From: Amphiscolops sp. MND2022
Taxonomy: Eukaryota
DNA: 64,000 nt
Assembly: GCA_964187785.1 (NCBI GenBank)
Contig: OZ076409.1
Location: 3,784,001-3,848,000, forward strand
Direction of reading: 5' to 3'
A model generated the notes under the pieces. The model saw only the letters and a list, made by a program, of their open reading frames with translations. It did not search any database and was not told the origin of the DNA. The translations under genes and the position numbers were made by a program. Positions within the stretch are counted from its first letter, which is position 1. Each line of letters opens with the position of its first letter. Shown piece after piece: positions 60,249 through 64,000 of the stretch.

Positions 60249-61803
60249 TTCCCCCCCCCCACTTGGACTACTACTCTCCTGAGTAGTTGGTTTATTCAAA
60301 TTTTATTCCTTTAGTAGGGGCGTTCTGAATCGTTAATTCGTAGTCCAGTCAGGTTGTAAGGTAGCCTTGTTTCATCAACTTAATCTCTTTTATTTTGTAA
60401 ACAAGTGCTTGAAAAACAATGATAACAATATTAAATCACTCACACTCTATTAACAATCCTCTTAATTAAATACAAATCTATTATACCACTTAAATCACAT
60501 TAATTTCATCAAAATTTTCCATTCTCTCACACAAATTGTATCCCTTTTCTATCCAATATAAGATTTTGGGAGTGAAGTGTGGTCAATTTTAAAACAATCT
60601 CTTTTCTGTTATAACTAAGTTCTTTACTGACTGGATTTCTTAGTTCATTCTCCTTAGTTTTAATATTTCAATATTTAATTCAATTTTCTGTCCAAGCAAG
60701 GAAAATATAGTTTTCGAGCTTTTCTTTGGGGCAAATAAATACAGGGGGGGTTTAATGGTTACGGATTTAATCTGGATACAATTATTCATTGTGAAAAGGT
60801 TCGTCTCACGTGTAGGGTTCCGTACTAGCGCTGGCAAGCTTTCTTCACACAAAATAGCCTTCGGATCATCTCGGGACATCTTGTCATCTCGTTGGTAGGG
60901 AGAGTGTTGAACTTCGTCGACGGCATTGCTGCTGAGGTCGAGGCACACATCTTTGTCCAAAGTTCGCACAATTGTTGGTTGTTCTTTCAATCGACATATA
61001 TAACATCCCACACAATTTTAAAACATCCCAAAATTGTGATACTTCATTGAAGAGGAATACTTTTCACTTTTCTGAATAGCAGTCGAAGAGAAGTAGACTA
61101 CTTCGCTGAGTTTACCTGAGACAGGTTGCAGAGTCAATACAACGGAATAAACGTGCAATCTCCCTTCGCAAGTCATTCGTGGCAAGAACTCTATGTGATC
61201 GGTACTCAAATATCGCCATGAAGGGGAGATAGTCTCTCTTCGGGATCTTCTTCAGTTAACGTACCGAGACTTTGTTAGCGATACTGATTTGACATGTCAT
61301 TTCTGCGATTTGGTAGTTACGAAAGGTCGCCCGCGCAGGCCTAGACGGACTAACCTCAACGCTGGGTTCGAACGAGATCTTACTTTTCACGCCGGTACCC
61401 GATTACGTCAACACAAATACTACATTTACATTATCTTTCGACTATACTAGCGAGTCGAATTATTCAAGCATGGAAAAAAAAACTTTTCCGACAACACGAA
61501 GCACAGATACATAGAGGTTAAATACGGTAATAATTGTTTTTTTTTTAAAAGTCTTTCAAATTGATTGTAGGGGCGATGACTACAAATTTTCAATTCTCGT
61601 AAGTGAGGTAATTAGGTTAAGGCAAAACTAAATGAAGGAGAGCCGGTAGCGACACGGATGACACTACTTTTCGAACTCATCACCTCATGATTGACTGCCC
61701 GAGCTTACAGTTAATTCAATTAGTCGTGCTCGCAGACGGCTAAACGAATGATGAGTTTCACTACTTCGGATGATTCAACTCATCTGACCATCACCCGAAG
61801 ACA

Positions 61804-63543
61804 TTAATGTTTTTTTGGCTTTACCACGTACTCGTCTATGCCGAAGCGCACTGGCGGTCGACGATTCCGTGTCGGTTCAATTATCAGTGAGTCTGATCGG
61901 TCACTTTCGCTGTCTTCCTCGACTGACGGGGGCGGGGTGTTTCTACTCTCGTTAATTTCTTCATAAACGGGAAATGATGATTCCTCTGACGGTTCGGGGA
62001 CATCTATATTCAAGGGACGATTAATCAGAGAAAACTCTTCGTCGTTTTCGGCGATTATCACGCGGGGAACGTCGTGAAATGACACGTGCGGCCGATTTCT
62101 ATTGGCTTGGGTTTCTGCCGAAGTAGGGCGGAACACATGATACGGTCTATTTTTGGTTTCTTGATCGGATGAATCGGATTCATCTGCGACTTCTTCATAA
62201 CTCGGTAGCGTTTTTGTCGCCACTCGTTCGGATCGTTTCGGGAGGGATTCACCAAGATACGGTTTAAGACGATTAAAATGGATATTTTGCCACTATTCCG
62301 GGCAACCTGGCTTGCAAATCTGATAGTTCACTTCACTTGTCTGACTCAATACTTCGTATGGACCGTGCCAAGGGAGATGGAACTTTCTGGATTTCGCTTT
62401 GTGTGGCTCGAATAGCCACACTCGGTCCCCTATTTAAAAACTTTCTCCATGGACCTTTTTCTGATAATAATCTTTTTGACGACGTTGTTTTTTCCCCATA
62501 GTCAGTTGCGCATGACTATGCACTTCGAATAGTTTATCACTCAACTCGGCTCCTACCTCGCCTAATTCTAAACGGGGGTCGCCAGGAGGTTTCGGATAGA
62601 ATAAGTCGATCGGATATTGTGCTTCTCTCCCGTACAACATCGAGAACGGGGTCGTACCGAAGGTCTTATGTACAGTGGTATTGTAGTGGGGCAGGTAGAG
62701 ATCCCATTCGTGTGGTTTTTCGGCACAAAACTTAGAGATAGTATCGGCAATGACTCTATTGAATCTTTCTACTTGACCATTTCCTTGAGGATGGTATGGA
62801 GAAGTTCTAGGTTTATCGATCATGAAAACTTGGCAAATATCTTTCATTACTTCACTGTTGAAGTTAGTTCCTTGATCCGTATGTAAAGTATCGGGAGCCC
62901 CAAATTTCAAAATCCACTCTTCGACTAAAGTCGTGGCCACCGTCTTAGCCGTCATGTCTTTCAAAGGAACGGCAACCGCATACTTTGTATACAAATCCGT
63001 TATGACTAAAATGTATCGCGCCTGTGACTTTTTCGCTAGCGTTACGGGTCCCAAGATATCTGCTGCAACAATACGAAACGGCGCCTTTGCTTCAATTGTT
63101 TGCAAATGAGCTTTTCGACTTTTTCCCGCCGTTGATCTAGCCGCGCAACGCGTGCATTTTGCAATATACTTTTCTACAGTTGACCTGAGACCAGGCCACC
63201 AAAATCTCTGTTTAATCCTTGATAACGTTTTCTCGGCTGCAAAATGACCTCCGCTAAGAGGGGAGTCATGTAACTGATGTAACACTTCGGCTCTCATAGT
63301 CGAAGGAACTACTGCCTGCCATATTTCACGTTCACGATTGCTAGGTTTCCATTTTCGATAAAGGACTCGATTTGCCAGCGCAAGCTGGTCCCAATTACTC
63401 CAAAGTTCTAGCGCCTCTGGACAACTCCATCCTAATGCTATTTCTCGGGGGATGGGGTTGGGCCCTAAATCTTCCAATGTACCATCTATCCGAATTCCAC
63501 GTCTAACCATTTCACGGAAGAGTAATCCCGTACTACGATCCAT
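61804..63543 (-). pseudogene. Gypsy integrase and C-terminal tail (in-frame stops)
   Basis: HDSPLSGGH..CTRC, ADILGP, TDQGTNF, NGQVERFN; after the stop at 62434, GDRVWL...WHGPYEV...IHFNRLKPY. Confidence 0.85.
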
Positions 63544-63557
63544 TCTCTGACCATACG

Positions 63558-64000
63558 CTAGGTCGCTATCCGATCTAGTCCATGAGATATGCCCCCCCCC
63601 ACTTGCTCTGATACTAACATTTCTTCAGGGGTAACGACGGAACAGGCGAAATCTACACTTGATGAACGCGGGGTACCTCGTCTTGTCGAAGTCGAAGGGT
63701 ACAATTGCTCTTGGTCTCTCGGTGTATACACGGAGATCACAAAATACGAATCTTGAAACACAACCTCTAGACAAATAGCTACATTCACCCACTCCAATTC
63801 GTCATCGACGAAACCTATTCTAGGCATTGCAAGTTTGGAAAATCCATGGGAACTAGCATGTTCTTTCACTCTCAATAGACTTTCTTTTAGTACATCGTAT
63901 TTAGCAACTTCTCCGTGGCAATGCTTGGTGATCAATATATACAAATATTGTCCTTTTGTGACATCTCGGTACACTAGAGAGCCTCCAACACGATTTACCG
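63558..64000 (-). CDS. TARG1/OARD1/DarG-like macrodomain within Gypsy pol (partial)
   Basis: YLYILITK...YDVLKESLLRVKEH...KLAMPRIG..DELEWVNV..LEVVF...ISVY matches the TARG1-type macrodomain C-terminal half; joined to integrase by a frameshift in a homopolymer near 63595. Confidence 0.75.
   Translation of the reverse strand, partial: VNRVGGSLVYRDVTKGQYLYILITKHCHGEVAKYDVLKESLLRVKEHASSHGFSKLAMPRIGFVDDELEWVNVAICLEVVFQDSYFVISVYTPRDQEQLYPSTSTRRGTPRSSSVDFACSVVTPEEMLVSEQVGGGISHGLDRIAT

Larger units (their letters stand above)
60053..64000 (-). mobile_element. 3' part of a degenerate Ty3/Gypsy element (runs off the window)
   Basis: Macrodomain, integrase, GPY tail, 3' region, PPT and LTR in order. 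Confidence 0.85.

Overview
AT-rich eukaryotic (probably animal) DNA made almost entirely of nested transposable elements; no intact host gene is evident. Main contents: (1) a near-complete BEL/Pao LTR retrotransposon (5643-15039). Its LTRs carry a tRNA-derived Pol III-type head, it has an extra SGNH-like ORF remnant upstream of gag, and it is flanked by an abnormal 19-21 bp duplication. (2) A decayed Ty3/Gypsy element (20380-25495) whose 3' half lies in a 4.58 kb tandem duplication. (3) A second tandem duplication (about 3.45 and 2.9 kb units). (4) A young 14.8 kb Ty3/Gypsy element (39854-54653; 1521-bp LTRs, GCCAA TSD) inserted in an old Copia remnant. Its pol ORF starts inside the 5' LTR and has no recognisable Gag. 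It carries an intact six-exon antisense gene (about 1081 aa, zinc finger, hAT-transposase-like), a sense accessory ORF running into the 3' LTR, and clusters of a TATGCG-N4-TATGCG motif. This is the best candidate for an undescribed system. (5) The 3' end of a minus-strand Gypsy element with a TARG1/DarG-like macrodomain in pol. Also present: Helentron-type non-autonomous repeats, MITEs, a 29-bp minisatellite and a 200-N gap. Family assignments come from motif recognition by eye; no database search was run.
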